Source: Deltaproteobacteria bacterium | Lineage (GTDB): Bacteria > Bacillota > Clostridia > Acetivibrionales > UBA4821 | DNA: 64,000 bases | Reading direction: 5' to 3' | Assembly: GCA_050258375.1 (NCBI GenBank) | Contig: JBLMYQ010000029.1 | Location: 1,569-65,568, forward strand | Shown: positions 11,020 to 22,708 of the stretch, in pieces | How positions within the stretch are numbered: the first letter of the stretch is position 1 | Layout of the letters: every line of letters starts with the position of its first letter | The notes under the pieces: generated by a model | Databases searched by the model: none | The model's input: the letters and a program-made list of their open reading frames with translations, nothing else | What the model was told of the DNA's origin: nothing | Translations under genes and position numbers: made by a program

Positions 11020-11175
11020 AAAAATTCTCTTTAATAGCTCCATTTATTGACCACGAGGGAGGTCAATAAGACCAATATCTGGATTTAATTGTTATTTATA
11101 TATAAACTGCATTATAAGTAAATGAATTACAGCATTTATCTGTCTGTAAAGCACCAGCCGCTACCTATAATCAAT
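11020..11175 (-). promoter_or_regulatory. Candidate structured ribosomal-protein leader upstream of rpsM
   Basis: About 200-nt spacer with a GC-rich block (taggtagcggctggtgc) and a ttattgacc/ggtcaataa hairpin. Position fits alpha-operon leaders. Confidence 0.35.
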
Positions 11176-11203
11176 TTATTTCCCATTTAATTATCAACTA
11201 ATT

Positions 11204-11317
11204 TTAGCCTTGTCTTTGTTTGTGCTTAGGATTTTCGCAAATTACTCTAAGCTTACCTTTTCTTCTGATGAATTTGCATTTTTCACAAATCGCCTTTACT
11301 GATGGTCTTACCTTCAT
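11204..11317 (-). CDS. rpmJ: 50S ribosomal protein L36 (not in the ORF track)
   Basis: Manual translation [37 protein letters not shown]. Confidence 0.98.
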   Translation of the reverse strand: MKVRPSVKAICEKCKFIRRKGKLRVICENPKHKQRQG

Positions 11318-11344
11318 GTTAATCCTCATTCCTTTCACTAATTT

Positions 11345-11436
11345 TGGTTTAGGGTTCAGAGCTGTGAGTTCAGAGCTTTAGAGCTCCTTCAAAGTATTTC
11401 TTAAACCTCTCAACTCCCAACACTCAACTCTTAACT
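11345..11436. repeat. Inverted heptamer-repeat element (infA-rpmJ)
   Basis: ggtttag ggttcag agctgtg agttcag agct ... acctctc aactccc aacactc aactctt aact. Confidence 0.8.
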
Positions 11437-11437
11437 A

Positions 11438-11656
11438 TTATTTTGCCCGCCATGTTATCCTGCCACGTGTAAGATCGTATGGTGATAACTCAATTGTTAC
11501 TTTGTCACCTGGAAGAATCCTAATAAAATTCATTCTCAATTTTCCAGATATATGAGCCAGGATTTTATGACCGTTTTCCAATTCTACCTGAAACAAAGCA
11601 TTTGGCAGCGCTTCTACTACTGTTCCCTCAACTTCTATTATATCTTCCTTTGCCAT
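11438..11656 (-). CDS. infA: Translation initiation factor IF-1
   Basis: [11 protein letters not shown]...[18 protein letters not shown]. Confidence 0.99.
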   Translation of the reverse strand: MAKEDIIEVEGTVVEALPNALFQVELENGHKILAHISGKLRMNFIRILPGDKVTIELSPYDLTRGRITWRAK

Positions 11657-11692
11657 TGTATCACCCTCCCTCATTTTCCGATACAAGACCTA

Positions 11693-11962
11693 CTATTGTT
11701 CTGAACCCTCAAAATATTTTTTCAAATGCTTCTTCAAGTCAGAATTTGTGATTTTCGAACCAATTAGGACCTTGCCTTTTACGGTTTCGTCAATATATAA
11801 AGGAACCAGATGTTTAACTTTCTTTTTCTTAGGTCTCTCTATCCTTCTCGAGTCTCCATTCGCAATAAACACGTATTCCTCGGACTCATCTATTTGTACT
11901 ACAAAGAAATATTTTTTTTTATCTCTCCCACACTTGGACAGAACAATCTGACCGAGTTCCAT
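11693..11962 (-). CDS. KOW-domain RNA-binding protein (L14e-like)
   Basis: GQIVLSKCGRD...ANGDSR...PKKKKVKHL, between map and infA as is usual in Clostridia. Confidence 0.85.
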   Translation of the reverse strand: MELGQIVLSKCGRDKKKYFFVVQIDESEEYVFIANGDSRRIERPKKKKVKHLVPLYIDETVKGKVLIGSKITNSDLKKHLKKYFEGSEQ

Positions 11963-12055
11963 TATCCTAAAATCACCTCGTCATTATAACAACCTATTTC
12001 TTCTATAACCCTTATAAAATTGAACAATTTATTTTATACTATTTTTTTTCAATAT

Positions 12056-12829
12056 TCAAGATGTTTTTTTCAGTTTTGTGAGTATTTCAGGATTTTCTTC
12101 AGTAATCAATATTGTATTTTCATAATGGGCAGACAAACTTCCATCTGCTGTAACAACTGTCCAATTGTTAGATAATATCCTTATAGAATATTCCCCCATA
12201 TTAACCATTGGTTCTATTGCCAATGTCATTCCTTTTGCAAGTCTGGGTCCATAGCCCGGTCTTCCGAAATTAGGTATTTGAGGCTCTTCTTGCAGCTCTC
12301 TTCCAATACCATGACCTACAAAGTCTCTGACAACTGAATATCCATTGGCTTCAACAAACAATTGCACTGCATTTGAAATATCAGTAAGCCTATTTCCTTC
12401 TCTAGCAAATTTTATTCCTTCAAAGAAACTCTGCTCGGTAACTTTTATTAGTCTAAGTGCTTCAGCAGTCACTTCTCCAACAGGGTGGGTCATTGCAGAA
12501 TCTCCATGATACCCTTTATAACAGGCTCCAATATCAATACTGATTATATCTCCTTCTTTTAGGACATTCTTACCGGGTATTCCATGCACTACCTCATTGT
12601 TTATAGATGCGCATATTGTTGCAGGAAAAATACTACGATTTATTCCTTCTTTCCCTTTAAAAGAAGGAATTGCACCATTTGCACGGATAACCCTTTCAGC
12701 TATTTCATCCAATTCCAGTGTAGTTATTCCAGGCTTTATGAATTTTTTAACCTCTTCATGCGCCAAAGCAACAATCTTTCCGGCTATTCTCATAAGCTCT
12801 ATTTCTTTGGCTGATTTCACTGAAATCAT
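12056..12829 (-). CDS. map: Methionine aminopeptidase type I
   Basis: HGIP, DIG..YHGDSA, GHGIG, AIEPM, SAHYENT. Confidence 0.97.
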   Translation of the reverse strand: MISVKSAKEIELMRIAGKIVALAHEEVKKFIKPGITTLELDEIAERVIRANGAIPSFKGKEGINRSIFPATICASINNEVVHGIPGKNVLKEGDIISIDIGACYKGYHGDSAMTHPVGEVTAEALRLIKVTEQSFFEGIKFAREGNRLTDISNAVQLFVEANGYSVVRDFVGHGIGRELQEEPQIPNFGRPGYGPRLAKGMTLAIEPMVNMGEYSIRILSNNWTVVTADGSLSAHYENTILITEENPEILTKLKKTS

Positions 12830-12907
12830 TTTGACCTCCAAATATTTTTTAAAAAATACTCCAAAATTTATAACAATCCCAAATCCTTTACATCAGTTAG
12901 CTTATTA

Positions 12908-13558
12908 CTAACCTAATTTATCTAATACTTTGAATATCTTTTCAGATATAGATTTTACTTCGCCTTCTCCATTAATTTCAGTCAATAGCTTTCTTTCTTT
13001 GTAATATTGGATTAGCGGCTCAGTTTGCTCGTGGTATACCGACATACGTTTTTTAACAGTTTCTTCAGTATCATCCACTCTCTGAATCAGAGCAGTTCCA
13101 CATGTATTACATTTCCCATCAATGACAGGAGGCGTATAAATTATATGATAAGTAGCTTTGCAGTTAGAACATACCCTTCGGCCTATCATTCTTTCAAGTA
13201 TTAATTCATCAGCAGCCTCTATATTGAGTACCATATCAATTTTAAGATTATCTTTTGCAAGTTTGTCTTCAAGAGCATTTGCCTGTGCAACAGTTCTTGG
13301 AAAGCCATCAAGTATAAAGCCATTTACACAATCCTTTTCTTTAAGGCGTCTACCCACCATATCAATAGTTATTTCATCAGGCACAAGACTGCCTTTATCC
13401 ATATATTCCTTTGCAATTCTCCCGAGCTCGGTCTGGTTCTTGATATTTTCCCTGAATATATCTCCAGTAGAAATATGGGGTATATTCAATTTTTGCGAAA
13501 TAATATCAGCCTGTGTACCTTTACCAGCTCCGGGAGCTCCTAAAATGATAAGCCTCAC
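12908..13558 (-). CDS. adk: Adenylate kinase
   Basis: GAPGAGKGTQ, LDGFPRT, Zn-lid CxxC...CxxC. Confidence 0.99.
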   Translation of the reverse strand: MRLIILGAPGAGKGTQADIISQKLNIPHISTGDIFRENIKNQTELGRIAKEYMDKGSLVPDEITIDMVGRRLKEKDCVNGFILDGFPRTVAQANALEDKLAKDNLKIDMVLNIEAADELILERMIGRRVCSNCKATYHIIYTPPVIDGKCNTCGTALIQRVDDTEETVKKRMSVYHEQTEPLIQYYKERKLLTEINGEGEVKSISEKIFKVLDKLG

Positions 13559-13577
13559 AAAACACGCCCCCTTTAAA

Positions 13578-13649
13578 TAGTTTAAAGTTTAAAGTTGACA
13601 GTTAAAACTTTTTAGATTCTTTTAACTTTACACTGTCAACCTTAAACTA
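13578..13649. repeat. Inverted heptamer-repeat element (secY-adk)
   Basis: agtttaa agtttaa agttgac agttaaa ... ttttaac tttacac tgtcaac cttaaact. Confidence 0.9.
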
Positions 13650-13657
13650 CTACCAGC

Positions 13658-14935
13658 CTATTCTAAGAAACCCTTATAGTGCCTCATAAGCATCTGTGAC
13701 TCAAGCTGTTTTACAGTATCCATAGCAACACCAACAACAATCAAAAGAGCGGTACCTCCAAAGTAGATATTTCCGAAAGGAGTAACCCATTGGATAAGGT
13801 AAGGAACTGTTGATATTGTTGCAAGGAATAATCCTCCAAAAATAGTAACCCTGTTAAGCACATTCTTAATATAATCAGCCGTTGGTTTTCCTGATCTTAT
13901 TCCAGGTATAAAACCTCCATTTTTTTTCAGGGTATTTGCTATTTCTACATGATTGAATATTACATATGTGTAAAAGAAAGTAAATCCTACTATTAACAAT
14001 GCATCTACTATGGCATATACTGCAGAGTTAGGTGAGAATATATTATTTTGTATCCAGAGCCAAGCACCTGTTGGATTAGGATTAACAAATCTCATTATTG
14101 TAGCAGGAAACATAGTAATTGACATTGCAAATATGATTGGAATAACACCAGCCATTGCAACCTTGACAGGAATATGCGTACTCTGTCCACCATACATCTT
14201 TCTTCCAACAACTCTTTTAGCATACTGTACGGGAATTCTTCTTTCTGCAAGCTGCACCCACACAACAGCCGCAATTGCAGCAAACATAAATACTAAAAGT
14301 AATATTACCAGCAGCCACATAACTACATCGGTACCTGCCTTTTCATATAAGTAAGCTCCTGCATACGGTATTCTTGATACAATACCTGCAAAAATAAGAA
14401 GTGATATTCCATTTCCTATACCATATTCGGTGATTTGTTCTCCCAACCACATAAGGAACGCTGTCCCTGCAGTAAAAGTAAGAACAACAGTAATTGCTGT
14501 AAGCCATCCAGGATTATAAACAGCACCGCTGTAAGCAAGTGAAGCATAAAGCCCTATTGCTTGAATGAGAGCCAATACAACTGTTCCATATCTGGTATAC
14601 TGAGCAATTATCTTTCTTCCTTCCTCACCTTCTTTTGCAAGCCTTTCTAAGCTTGGTATAGCTATTGTAAGGAGCTGCATTATAATTGAAGCATTAATAT
14701 AAGGTGTTATACTCATAGCAAAAAGCGAAAGGTTTTTCAAAGCACCTCCACCTATGCTATCTAGCAATCCAACCAAGTCTCCACCTTTGCCTATTATGCC
14801 TTCCATAACTTTGTGGTTAAGTCCAGGCACAGGAATAAAGGAACCAATTCTGAAAACCAGAATCATTCCTACTGTAAAAAGTATCTTCCTGCGCAAATCC
14901 ATGATTTTCCATGCATTTACCAGAGTCTGAAACAA
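13658..14935 (-). CDS. secY: Preprotein translocase SecY
   Basis: ITPYINASII, GIGNGISL, GGFIPGIR, multiple TMs. Confidence 0.99.
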   Translation of the reverse strand: MFQTLVNAWKIMDLRRKILFTVGMILVFRIGSFIPVPGLNHKVMEGIIGKGGDLVGLLDSIGGGALKNLSLFAMSITPYINASIIMQLLTIAIPSLERLAKEGEEGRKIIAQYTRYGTVVLALIQAIGLYASLAYSGAVYNPGWLTAITVVLTFTAGTAFLMWLGEQITEYGIGNGISLLIFAGIVSRIPYAGAYLYEKAGTDVVMWLLVILLLVFMFAAIAAVVWVQLAERRIPVQYAKRVVGRKMYGGQSTHIPVKVAMAGVIPIIFAMSITMFPATIMRFVNPNPTGAWLWIQNNIFSPNSAVYAIVDALLIVGFTFFYTYVIFNHVEIANTLKKNGGFIPGIRSGKPTADYIKNVLNRVTIFGGLFLATISTVPYLIQWVTPFGNIYFGGTALLIVVGVAMDTVKQLESQMLMRHYKGFLE

Positions 14936-14936
14936 A

Positions 14937-15377
14937 TTATACCACCTCGACCTTTCCTCCTGCTGCTACTATTTTTTCTTCAGCAGCTTTTGTAAATCTT
15001 GCAGCTTGAATCGTTAATTTTTTCTTAATTTCTCCATTTCCAAGAACTACTATACCATCTTTGTAATTTTTTACAATACCTGATGTTTTTAGCAGCTCTT
15101 TAGTTACAACTGTTCCATCCTCAAAGGAATTTAATGTTGCAACATTTATTTCAACATACTCTTTAGCAAAAGTATTCTTGAAACCTCTCTTAGGAAGTCT
15201 TCTGAAAAGTGGCATTTGCCCACCTTCAAATCCAGGTCTTACTCCACCGCCAGAACGTGCCTTTTGACCTTTATGGCCTTTTCCGGCAGTTTTGCCATTT
15301 CCTGTTCCTATTCCTCTGCCTTTTCTCTTTGGCGCAGTTCTTGAGCCCTCGGCAGGTCTTAATTCATTCAGCTTCAT
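14937..15377 (-). CDS. rplO: 50S ribosomal protein L15
   Basis: [28 protein letters not shown]. Confidence 0.99.
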   Translation of the reverse strand: MKLNELRPAEGSRTAPKRKGRGIGTGNGKTAGKGHKGQKARSGGGVRPGFEGGQMPLFRRLPKRGFKNTFAKEYVEINVATLNSFEDGTVVTKELLKTSGIVKNYKDGIVVLGNGEIKKKLTIQAARFTKAAEEKIVAAGGKVEVV

Positions 15378-15398
15378 ATTTTTACCTCCCCTCATTGT

Positions 15399-15431
15399 TA
15401 GTGTAAAATGTAAAATTTAAAGTGCAAAACT
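15399..15431. repeat. Single-arm heptamer repeat at the usual rpmD position (rpsE-rplO)
   Basis: agtgtaa aatgtaa aatttaa agtgcaa aact. Confidence 0.8.
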
Positions 15432-15434
15432 GAT

Positions 15435-15932
15435 TTATTTAATTTCGCTTGGGTTTTTGCCCCTTAGTCTGGCAACTTCCTCCAGTGTTTTAAGTTGAGC
15501 TAAACCACTCATTGTAGCATTTATCATATTTCTTGGATTGTTTGAACCCAATGATTTTGTTCTTATATCTCTTATTCCGGCAAGTTCGAGTACAGCTCTT
15601 ACAGGACCTCCTGCAATTACTCCAGTACCCTGTCCGGCAGGCTTAAGCAAAACTTTCCCAGAACCAAACTCTCCAACTATTTCGTGTGGAATAGTTGTAT
15701 CTAACATAGGAACCTTTATAAGATTCTTCTTTGCATCCTCGATTCCTTTTCTGATTGCATCCGGAATTTCTGTAGCCTTCCCCATACCAGTTCCAACAAG
15801 GCCGTTCTCATCTCCAACAACAACCAATGCGCTAAATCTGAAATTTCTTCCACCTTTAACAACCTTGGCAACTCTGTTGATGCTTACAACTTTCTCCTTG
15901 AGTTCAACGTTGCTCAAATCTATCTGTAGCAT
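15435..15932 (-). CDS. rpsE: 30S ribosomal protein S5
   Basis: [22 protein letters not shown]. Confidence 0.99.
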   Translation of the reverse strand: MLQIDLSNVELKEKVVSINRVAKVVKGGRNFRFSALVVVGDENGLVGTGMGKATEIPDAIRKGIEDAKKNLIKVPMLDTTIPHEIVGEFGSGKVLLKPAGQGTGVIAGGPVRAVLELAGIRDIRTKSLGSNNPRNMINATMSGLAQLKTLEEVARLRGKNPSEIK

Positions 15933-15949
15933 ACATTTCCTCCCTCTCA

Positions 15950-16318
15950 CTAAAACTCTAATCCTGAATTTCTTGCGGCGTCAGCAAGTTCTTTAATTCT
16001 GCCATGATAGATAAATCCGCCTCTATCAAAAACTACTGTTTTAATTCCTTTTTCAAGTGCTCTTTGTGCAATAAGCTCTCCTACTAATTTTGCACCTGCT
16101 TTGTTTCCGCAATTCTTAAGTTTTCCTTTTATTGCATCATCCAAAGTAGAAGCTGATACAATAGTATTTCCTACCGTATCATCAATTATCTGAGCATATA
16201 TGTTATTAAGGCTTCTGAAAACATTGAGTCTTGGTCTTTCAGGCGTACCTGCAAGCTTATTCCTTATTCTCACATGTCTTCTTACGCGTGGATTGCTGCT
16301 TCTAGCAATTGTGCTCAC
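15950..16318 (-). CDS. rplR: 50S ribosomal protein L18
   Basis: [22 protein letters not shown]. Confidence 0.99.
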   Translation of the reverse strand: MSTIARSSNPRVRRHVRIRNKLAGTPERPRLNVFRSLNNIYAQIIDDTVGNTIVSASTLDDAIKGKLKNCGNKAGAKLVGELIAQRALEKGIKTVVFDRGGFIYHGRIKELADAARNSGLEF

Positions 16319-16334
16319 AATATTTCACTCCCTT

Positions 16335-16883
16335 CTATTTCTTCTTAGCTCCTGCTTTACCTTCTTTTCTCCTGATTACTTCATTTTCATATTTGATACC
16401 TTTACCCTTATATGGCTCAGGTTCTCTCTTGAATCTTATTTTTGCTGCAAACTCACCAACAGCTTGTTTGTCAATACCTTTGACAATTACTCTGTTCTGA
16501 GCAGGAGTTTCAACGGTAATACCTTCAGGCTCCTCCATCTCAACCGGATGTGAATAACCGAGTGTCAAAACAAGCTTCTTACCTTGTTTTTGTGCTCTGT
16601 AACCAACACCATTTATTTCAAGAACCTTTTCAAATCCATTTGTTACTCCGACAACCATATTGTTCACAAGAGTTCTTGTAAGACCATGAAGTGATCTGTG
16701 ACCTGCTTCTTCTGAAGGTCTTTCAACAACTATTTGTCCTTCTTCTATCTTAATTATCATATCTTGATGCAGCTGTCTAACAAGAGTACCCTTAGGTCCC
16801 TTTACTGTCATTAAATTCCCGTCTTCAAGTTTTACGTCAACGCCCTTTGGAACAACTATAGGCGCTTTACCTATTCTAGACAT
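16335..16883 (-). CDS. rplF: 50S ribosomal protein L6
   Basis: [17 protein letters not shown]. Confidence 0.99.
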   Translation of the reverse strand: MSRIGKAPIVVPKGVDVKLEDGNLMTVKGPKGTLVRQLHQDMIIKIEEGQIVVERPSEEAGHRSLHGLTRTLVNNMVVGVTNGFEKVLEINGVGYRAQKQGKKLVLTLGYSHPVEMEEPEGITVETPAQNRVIVKGIDKQAVGEFAAKIRFKREPEPYKGKGIKYENEVIRRKEGKAGAKKK

Positions 16884-16905
16884 TTTCGTCACCTCCCTTA
16901 AATAC

Positions 16906-16979
16906 TGGTTCATGGTTCTTGGTTTTAAGTTTTGCTTTGAAGCTCCTTCTTAAATCTACGAACTAAGAACTACCAACTA
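16906..16979. repeat. Inverted heptamer-repeat element (rpsH-rplF)
   Basis: tggttca tggttct tggtttt aagtttt ... aaatcta cgaacta agaacta ccaacta. Confidence 0.85.
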
Positions 16980-16985
16980 TTTCTT

Positions 16986-17387
16986 TTACCATACAAAAGC
17001 AAGAATTTCTCCTCCAACACCTTCCTGGCGAGCCTTCTTGTCTGTCATAATTCCTTTTGATGTTGATACAATAGCTATTCCCAAGCCTCCTAGAACCCTT
17101 GGAATCTCTTCCTTATTTACGTATACTCTTAAACCGGGTTTGCTGATTCTTTTCAAGCCTGAAATTACTCTTTGTTTGTTACTTTGCTGATATTTTAGAG
17201 CAACCCTGATTATGCCCTGCTTTCCGTCTTCAATTTCTTCATAACCCTTTACATAACCTTCCTGGACTAATATATCAACCAGGGACTTTTTTAATTTTGA
17301 TGCTGGAATATCTACAGTTTCGTGTCTTGACGAATTTGCATTTCTAATCCTTGTTAGCATATCTGCAATTGGATCCGTAGTATTCAT
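16986..17387 (-). CDS. rpsH: 30S ribosomal protein S8
   Basis: [29 protein letters not shown]. Confidence 0.99.
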   Translation of the reverse strand: MNTTDPIADMLTRIRNANSSRHETVDIPASKLKKSLVDILVQEGYVKGYEEIEDGKQGIIRVALKYQQSNKQRVISGLKRISKPGLRVYVNKEEIPRVLGGLGIAIVSTSKGIMTDKKARQEGVGGEILAFVW

Positions 17388-17407
17388 TCTCAAACCTCCT
17401 TCCTAAT

Positions 17408-17580
17408 GAGCTGGCAGTTGATAGTTTACCGTTGATAGTTATTTTCCATCAACTACTATAACAGCCATACTGATTATAACTATTAATATTATTCATATTT
17501 TTAACTTCAACAGCTGCAGTATAAAGGACATATTACTGTTTTCAGACAGACTGCCAGCTTTACACTTTATACTGTTGACC
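17408..17580. repeat. Heptamer-repeat element with long spacer (rpsN-rpsH)
   Basis: agctggc agttgat agtttac cgttgat agtt ... actgcc agcttta cacttta tactgtt. Confidence 0.7.
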
Positions 17581-17587
17581 AAAAGAC

Positions 17588-17773
17588 CTACCAGCTTGCT
17601 TTCTTAACACCAGGTATCATACCCTTATGAGCTAAAGTTCTGAAACAAATACGGCATATACCGAATTTTCTTAAATAAGCATGTGGTCTTCCACAAAGCT
17701 TGCATCTGTTGTAAGCTCTTGTAGAATATTTTGGTGTTTTCTGTTGTTTTAATACTAAAGCCTTTTTTGCCAC
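17588..17773 (-). CDS. rpsN: 30S ribosomal protein S14, type Z (zinc-binding)
   Basis: 61 aa, RCKLCGR...ICRIC. Confidence 0.99.
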   Translation of the reverse strand: MAKKALVLKQQKTPKYSTRAYNRCKLCGRPHAYLRKFGICRICFRTLAHKGMIPGVKKASW

Positions 17774-17788
17774 TTGGTTCCCTCCTCT

Positions 17789-18331
17789 TTAACTTTGACT
17801 AAACGGCATTCCGAGTAGTCTTAAAAGTTCCCTAGCTTCTTCATCGGTCTTGGCAGTAGTAACGAATATAATATCCATTCCTCTTACCTTTTCGACCTTA
17901 TCATATTCAATTTCAGGAAATATAAGCTGCTCCTTAATTCCCATTGCATAATTACCTCTTCCATCAAAGGAATTTGGTGAAATACCTCTGAAGTCTCTTA
18001 CTCTTGGAAGTGCAATGTTAACAAATTTGTCAGCAAACTCGTACATTCTTGTACCTCTAAGTGTAACTTTGCATCCAATATTCATGCCTTTTCTGATTTT
18101 AAATGTTGCAATTGACTTTTTTGCTTTAGTAACTACCGGCTTTTGACCTGTAATTATACCAAGCTCATTCACTGCTGAATCTATAACTTTAGGATTGTCT
18201 TTTGCATCTCCAATCCCCATATTGATTACGATTTTCTCAAGCTTTGGTATTTCCATAGCATTTGAATAGTTAAACTTTTGCTTGAGGGCTGGAACAACTT
18301 CTTTTTTATATTTTTCAAGGAATCTTGACAT
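17789..18331 (-). CDS. rplE: 50S ribosomal protein L5
   Basis: [16 protein letters not shown]. Confidence 0.99.
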   Translation of the reverse strand: MSRFLEKYKKEVVPALKQKFNYSNAMEIPKLEKIVINMGIGDAKDNPKVIDSAVNELGIITGQKPVVTKAKKSIATFKIRKGMNIGCKVTLRGTRMYEFADKFVNIALPRVRDFRGISPNSFDGRGNYAMGIKEQLIFPEIEYDKVEKVRGMDIIFVTTAKTDEEARELLRLLGMPFSQS

Positions 18332-18360
18332 CTGACAAATTACCTCCCTTCATAAAAACA

Positions 18361-18690
18361 TTACGAGTCTAACTGCTCTCCGCAGCCATTATTTTTGCAT
18401 ACTCTGACCTTTGTACCATCGTCAAGAATTTTTTTACCAACTTTAGTAGGTCTTCCACAGTTTTTGCAAACTACCATAGCCTTACTACTGTATATAGGGG
18501 ATTCTTGATTGATTTTACCCCCCTGCTGGTATCTGCCTCTTGGTTTTTTATGCTTTACAGACATATTTACACCTTCAACAAGGACCTTCATTTCATCCGG
18601 AATTGCACTTAATACCTTTCCAGTCTTACCTTTATCCTTGCCGGAGATAATCATAACCTTATCACCTTTTTTTATGCTCATTTTAGCCAT
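18361..18690 (-). CDS. rplX: 50S ribosomal protein L24
   Basis: KKGDKV.IISGKDKGKTGKV. Confidence 0.99.
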   Translation of the reverse strand: MAKMSIKKGDKVMIISGKDKGKTGKVLSAIPDEMKVLVEGVNMSVKHKKPRGRYQQGGKINQESPIYSSKAMVVCKNCGRPTKVGKKILDDGTKVRVCKNNGCGEQLDS

Positions 18691-18708
18691 TTTAATCCAC
18701 CTCCCACT

Positions 18709-19077
18709 TTACAGTACTTCGGGAGCGAGAGAAATTATCTTCATGAATTCCTTATCTCTCAATTCCCTTGCAACTGGTCCAAAAATACGAGTTCCTTTAG
18801 GAGTATTATCGGGCTTAATAATAACAGCAGCATTTTCGTCAAACTTTATATGTGAACCATCCGGTCTATCAACACCTTTTTTAGACCTCACAATAACAGC
18901 TTTGACAACTTCGCCCTTTTTAACAACCCCGCCGGGTGTTGCATTTTTAACTGAAGCAACAACTATATCTCCTATACCTGCATACCTGCGCAATGAACCA
19001 CCAAGAACCTTTATGCACATAAGCTCTTTAGCGCCAGTATTATCTGCAACCTTTAATCTGGTTTGCACCTGTATCAT
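18709..19077 (-). CDS. rplN: 50S ribosomal protein L14
   Basis: [20 protein letters not shown]. Confidence 0.99.
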   Translation of the reverse strand: MIQVQTRLKVADNTGAKELMCIKVLGGSLRRYAGIGDIVVASVKNATPGGVVKKGEVVKAVIVRSKKGVDRPDGSHIKFDENAAVIIKPDNTPKGTRIFGPVARELRDKEFMKIISLAPEVL

Positions 19078-19098
19078 TTCAATACCTCCCCTCTTATC

Positions 19099-19168
19099 TA
19101 GTTCTGAGTTTTAAGTTTCTCTTTGGAGAATTCTTAATACTCTCAACTGTCAACCCTTAACTCTGAAC
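19099..19168. repeat. Inverted heptamer-repeat element (rpsQ-rplN)
   Basis: agttctg agtttta agtttct ... actctca actgtca accctta actctga ac. Confidence 0.85.
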
Positions 19169-19176
19169 AATAAAAA

Positions 19177-19434
19177 CTACTTTGCTTTTTCAACTATTTC
19201 GACCACTCTCCATCTTTTTTCCTTGCTAAGCGGTCTTGTTTCCATAACTTTTACTCTGTCTCCAATTGTACACTGGTTGTTTTCATCATGCGCTTTCAAT
19301 TTATATGTCTTTCTTACAACCTTTTTGTAAAGAGGATGCTTAATACTGTATTCTATAGCAACGACAACAGTTTTATCCATTTTATCGCTGACTACTTTAC
19401 CTGTTCTAGTCTTTCTAAGACCTCTTTCAGTCAT
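19177..19434 (-). CDS. rpsQ: 30S ribosomal protein S17
   Basis: [21 protein letters not shown]. Confidence 0.99.
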   Translation of the reverse strand: MTERGLRKTRTGKVVSDKMDKTVVVAIEYSIKHPLYKKVVRKTYKLKAHDENNQCTIGDRVKVMETRPLSKEKRWRVVEIVEKAK

Positions 19435-19455
19435 AGCTATCTTACCTCCAATCTA

Positions 19456-19659
19456 CTATTCCTTTATACCTTCAATCTCTCTGGCTCTAATTACTGTTTT
19501 TACCCTTGCAATGTCTTTTTTAACATTCTTAACCTTATTAGGATTGTCAAGCTGATTTGTGGCCAGTTGAAATCTAAGTTTGAACAATTCTTTTTTTAGT
19601 TCTGAAAGCTCCTTTTGGAGTTCCATTGAAGACATATCTCTCATCTTAATTGCTTTCAT
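19456..19659 (-). CDS. rpmC: 50S ribosomal protein L29
   Basis: [20 protein letters not shown]. Confidence 0.98.
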   Translation of the reverse strand: MKAIKMRDMSSMELQKELSELKKELFKLRFQLATNQLDNPNKVKNVKKDIARVKTVIRAREIEGIKE

Positions 19660-20086
19660 TGTTCTCACCATCCATTTCTTCACCGCGGACTACAAATTTG
19701 CATCTTATTGGCAGCTTGTGTGCGGCAAGTCTCATCGCTTCTTTAGCTAACTCCTCATTCACACCAGCAATCTCGAACAATATTCTTCCTGGTTTAACTA
19801 CTGCTACCCAGTATTCCGGTGAACCTTTACCACTACCCATACGTGTTTCAGCAGGTTTAGCTGTAACCGGTTTATCCGGGAATATTTTTATCCAAACTTT
19901 TCCGCCTCTTTTTATAAAACGCGTCATTGCAATTCTTGCAGCTTCTATTTGATTACTTGTTATCCAAGCTGGCTCAAGTGCTTTCAAACCGAAGTCACCT
20001 TCGCAAACTTTGTTTCCGCGAGTAGCGACACCTGTCATTCTGCCTCTTTGAACTTTCCTACGTTTAACCCTTTTAGGCATTAACAT
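19646..20086 (-). CDS. rplP: 50S ribosomal protein L16
   Basis: [18 protein letters not shown]. Confidence 0.99.
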   Translation of the reverse strand: MLMPKRVKRRKVQRGRMTGVATRGNKVCEGDFGLKALEPAWITSNQIEAARIAMTRFIKRGGKVWIKIFPDKPVTAKPAETRMGSGKGSPEYWVAVVKPGRILFEIAGVNEELAKEAMRLAAHKLPIRCKFVVRGEEMDGENNESN

Positions 20087-20088
20087 CT

Positions 20089-20754
20089 TTATTCGCCTCC
20101 TTCAACTACTTTTGTCTTCCTAGCTCTTGGAAGAACCTCGCCTTTGTAAATCCAAACCTTAACACCAATCTTTCCATAAGTTGTATCAGCTTCATGGAAG
20201 CCATAATCTATATCAGCTCTCATTGTCTGCAGTGGAATTGTGCCATCATGATAATGTTCAGTTCTAGCGATTTCAGCTCCACCAAGTCTTCCAGATACTG
20301 ATGTTTTTATTCCCTTTGCTCCTGATTTCATAGCTTTACCCATTGCCTGTTTCATAGCCCTTCTAAAAGAAACCCTCTTTTCAAGCTGAGAAGCAATGTT
20401 TTCAGCTACAAGCTGAGCATCCTGTTCAGGAATCTTTACCTCGCATATGTTTACAAGTATGTTTTTATTAGTCATTTTTTCAAGGTCTTTACGTAGAACA
20501 TCTATTAATGCTCCACCTTTACCTATAACTATTCCAGGCTTTGCAGTGTAAACATTAACCTTAACCTTGTTTGCTGCTCTTTCTATTTCAACTTTTGAAA
20601 CGCCTGCAATAAATAATTTGCTTTTTACAAACTTTCTAACTTTCATGTCTTCAATCAGGTTATCTGCAAAACTCTTGTCATCTGCATACCATTTTGCATC
20701 CCAATCTCTAATAATTCCTAGTCTTAAACCATGTGGATGAACTTTTTGGCCCAT
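20089..20754 (-). CDS. rpsC: 30S ribosomal protein S3
   Basis: [22 protein letters not shown]. Confidence 0.99.
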   Translation of the reverse strand: MGQKVHPHGLRLGIIRDWDAKWYADDKSFADNLIEDMKVRKFVKSKLFIAGVSKVEIERAANKVKVNVYTAKPGIVIGKGGALIDVLRKDLEKMTNKNILVNICEVKIPEQDAQLVAENIASQLEKRVSFRRAMKQAMGKAMKSGAKGIKTSVSGRLGGAEIARTEHYHDGTIPLQTMRADIDYGFHEADTTYGKIGVKVWIYKGEVLPRARKTKVVEGGE

Positions 20755-20769
20755 TTTCTATCCTCCTTA

Positions 20770-21105
20770 TTACTTTGCTTCGCGAAGTACTACCGTAATA
20801 TGACTTGATCTCTTTCTAATCCTGTATGCCCTACCTTGTGCTCTTGGTTCAATTCTTTTCATTGTTGGTCCTTGATTTGCATATATTTCAGAAATAACCA
20901 AATCATCAACATTCATATTGTGGTTATTCTCCGCATTAGCCATTGCAGATTTCACTAATTTTTCTACAATCGGTGAAGCTGCTTTCGGGGTAGTCTTCAA
21001 TATTACTAAAGCATCTCCAACCTTTTTATTTTTGATTAAATCTATAACGATTTTTACCTTACGCGCAGAAATTCTGGCATGTCTCAACACCGCTCTTGCT
21101 TCCAC
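20770..21105 (-). CDS. rplV: 50S ribosomal protein L22
   Basis: [26 protein letters not shown] start inferred from RBS. Confidence 0.98.
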   Translation of the reverse strand: MEARAVLRHARISARKVKIVIDLIKNKKVGDALVILKTTPKAASPIVEKLVKSAMANAENNHNMNVDDLVISEIYANQGPTMKRIEPRAQGRAYRIRKRSSHITVVLREAK

Positions 21106-21180
21106 TAACTTTATCCTCCCTTCCATTCTGAAAACATGATAAACTTCTCACATGTTATTCAACCTATACTTTTATGAATG

Positions 21181-21465
21181 CTATTTTAATGAAGTTGACT
21201 TTTCTGTGTGTCCACTATGTCCTTTATATGTTCTAGTAGGTGCAAATTCACCAAGTTTATGTCCTACCATATCTTCAGTAACATAAACAGGCACGTGCTT
21301 TCTTCCATCATGAACAGCTATTGTATGTCCAACCATTTGTGGAAATATTGTAGATGCCCTTGACCAAGTCTTAATAACCTTTTTGTCTCCGGCTTTGTTC
21401 ATTTCTTCAATTTTCTTTATTAAACTCGGATAAATATAAGGTCCTTTTTTAACTGATCTACTCAT
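21181..21465 (-). CDS. rpsS: 30S ribosomal protein S19
   Basis: [21 protein letters not shown]. Confidence 0.99.
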   Translation of the reverse strand: MSRSVKKGPYIYPSLIKKIEEMNKAGDKKVIKTWSRASTIFPQMVGHTIAVHDGRKHVPVYVTEDMVGHKLGEFAPTRTYKGHSGHTEKSTSLK

Positions 21466-21488
21466 TACTTTTCCTCCTTTCGCACGCC

Positions 21489-22316
21489 TTACTTCCTCTT
21501 CTTAACTATAAACTTATCTGAAGCTTTTTTCTTCTTTCTGGTCTTAAGTCCCAGTGTAGGTTTACCCCAAGGAGTAACCGGTCCTGGTCTACCAATCGGA
21601 GATTTTCCTTCTCCACCACCATGAGGGTGATCAATTGGGTTCATTACTACACCTCTAACAGTTGGTCTAATGCCATGCCATCTCGTTCTTCCTGCTTTTC
21701 CGTAGGAAACGTTTTCATGCTCGATATTCCCAACCTGTCCTATTGTAGCTCTACATTTCATGCTAATCATTCTTACTTCACCGGAAGGAAGTCTTACCTG
21801 AGCATAATCTCCCTCTTTAGCCATAAGCTGTGCCGAGCTTCCTGCACTTCTTACAAGCTGACCGCCTTTACCTGGCTTGAGCTCAATGTTGTGAATCATT
21901 GTACCAACTGGAATATTAGCTATTTGAAGGGTATTTCCAGCTTTAATATCTGCTTTCGCACCTGATTCAACTTGGTCTCCTACTTTAAGATTGTTAGCAG
22001 CTATTATATAACTCTTTTGTCCATCATCATATTGAATTAACGCAATATTTGCACTTCTGTTCGGATCATATTCTATTGAAGTAACAACTGCCTTTGCGTC
22101 ATCTCTACTTCTTTTAAAATCAATTACTCTATACTTTCTTCTATTGCCGCCTCCACGATGTCTAATTGTTATTCTACCCATATTGTTTCGTCCCGAATGC
22201 TTCTTCAAAGGCTCAAGCAAGCTTTTTTCCGGAGCTTTTTTGGTTAGATCCGAATAATCTATAACTGTCATTTGCCTTCTTGAAGGAGTCGTAGGGTTGT
22301 ATTTCTTTATAGCCAT
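21489..22316 (-). CDS. rplB: 50S ribosomal protein L2
   Basis: [21 protein letters not shown]. Confidence 0.99.
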   Translation of the reverse strand: MAIKKYNPTTPSRRQMTVIDYSDLTKKAPEKSLLEPLKKHSGRNNMGRITIRHRGGGNRRKYRVIDFKRSRDDAKAVVTSIEYDPNRSANIALIQYDDGQKSYIIAANNLKVGDQVESGAKADIKAGNTLQIANIPVGTMIHNIELKPGKGGQLVRSAGSSAQLMAKEGDYAQVRLPSGEVRMISMKCRATIGQVGNIEHENVSYGKAGRTRWHGIRPTVRGVVMNPIDHPHGGGEGKSPIGRPGPVTPWGKPTLGLKTRKKKKASDKFIVKKRK

Positions 22317-22351
22317 TTCTTATTCACTCCCTTATTTCAATTATCACGATT

Positions 22352-22708
22352 TTACGCCTGAACGCCGCCGAACTCTTCGATACTATCCTTATACTTCTTA
22401 CCTGTAAGCTTTTCCTTACCACCCTTATCAAGGAATATTTCCGGTTTGGGATTTGTATCAATTTTTACTATTGCCTTTTTCCAGTCAGGTGTTTTACCAA
22501 TATGCACGCCTCTTCTTTTTGTTTTGCCCGGCATACTTACTGTATTTACTTGAAGCACCTTAACCTGAAATAATTGTTCAACAGCACTTCTTATTTCGGT
22601 TTTAGTTGCATTTTTTACAACTTCAAAAGTGTACTTTCCTATACCTAATTCGTCATTGCTCTTTTCTGTAATTATAGGTCTTACAATGATATCTTCAGGA
22701 GTTCTCAT
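22352..22708 (-). CDS. rplW: 50S ribosomal protein L23 (extended C-terminus)
   Basis: RPIITEKS, WKKAIV. Between rplD and rplB. Confidence 0.97.
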   Translation of the reverse strand: MRTPEDIIVRPIITEKSNDELGIGKYTFEVVKNATKTEIRSAVEQLFQVKVLQVNTVSMPGKTKRRGVHIGKTPDWKKAIVKIDTNPKPEIFLDKGGKEKLTGKKYKDSIEEFGGVQA

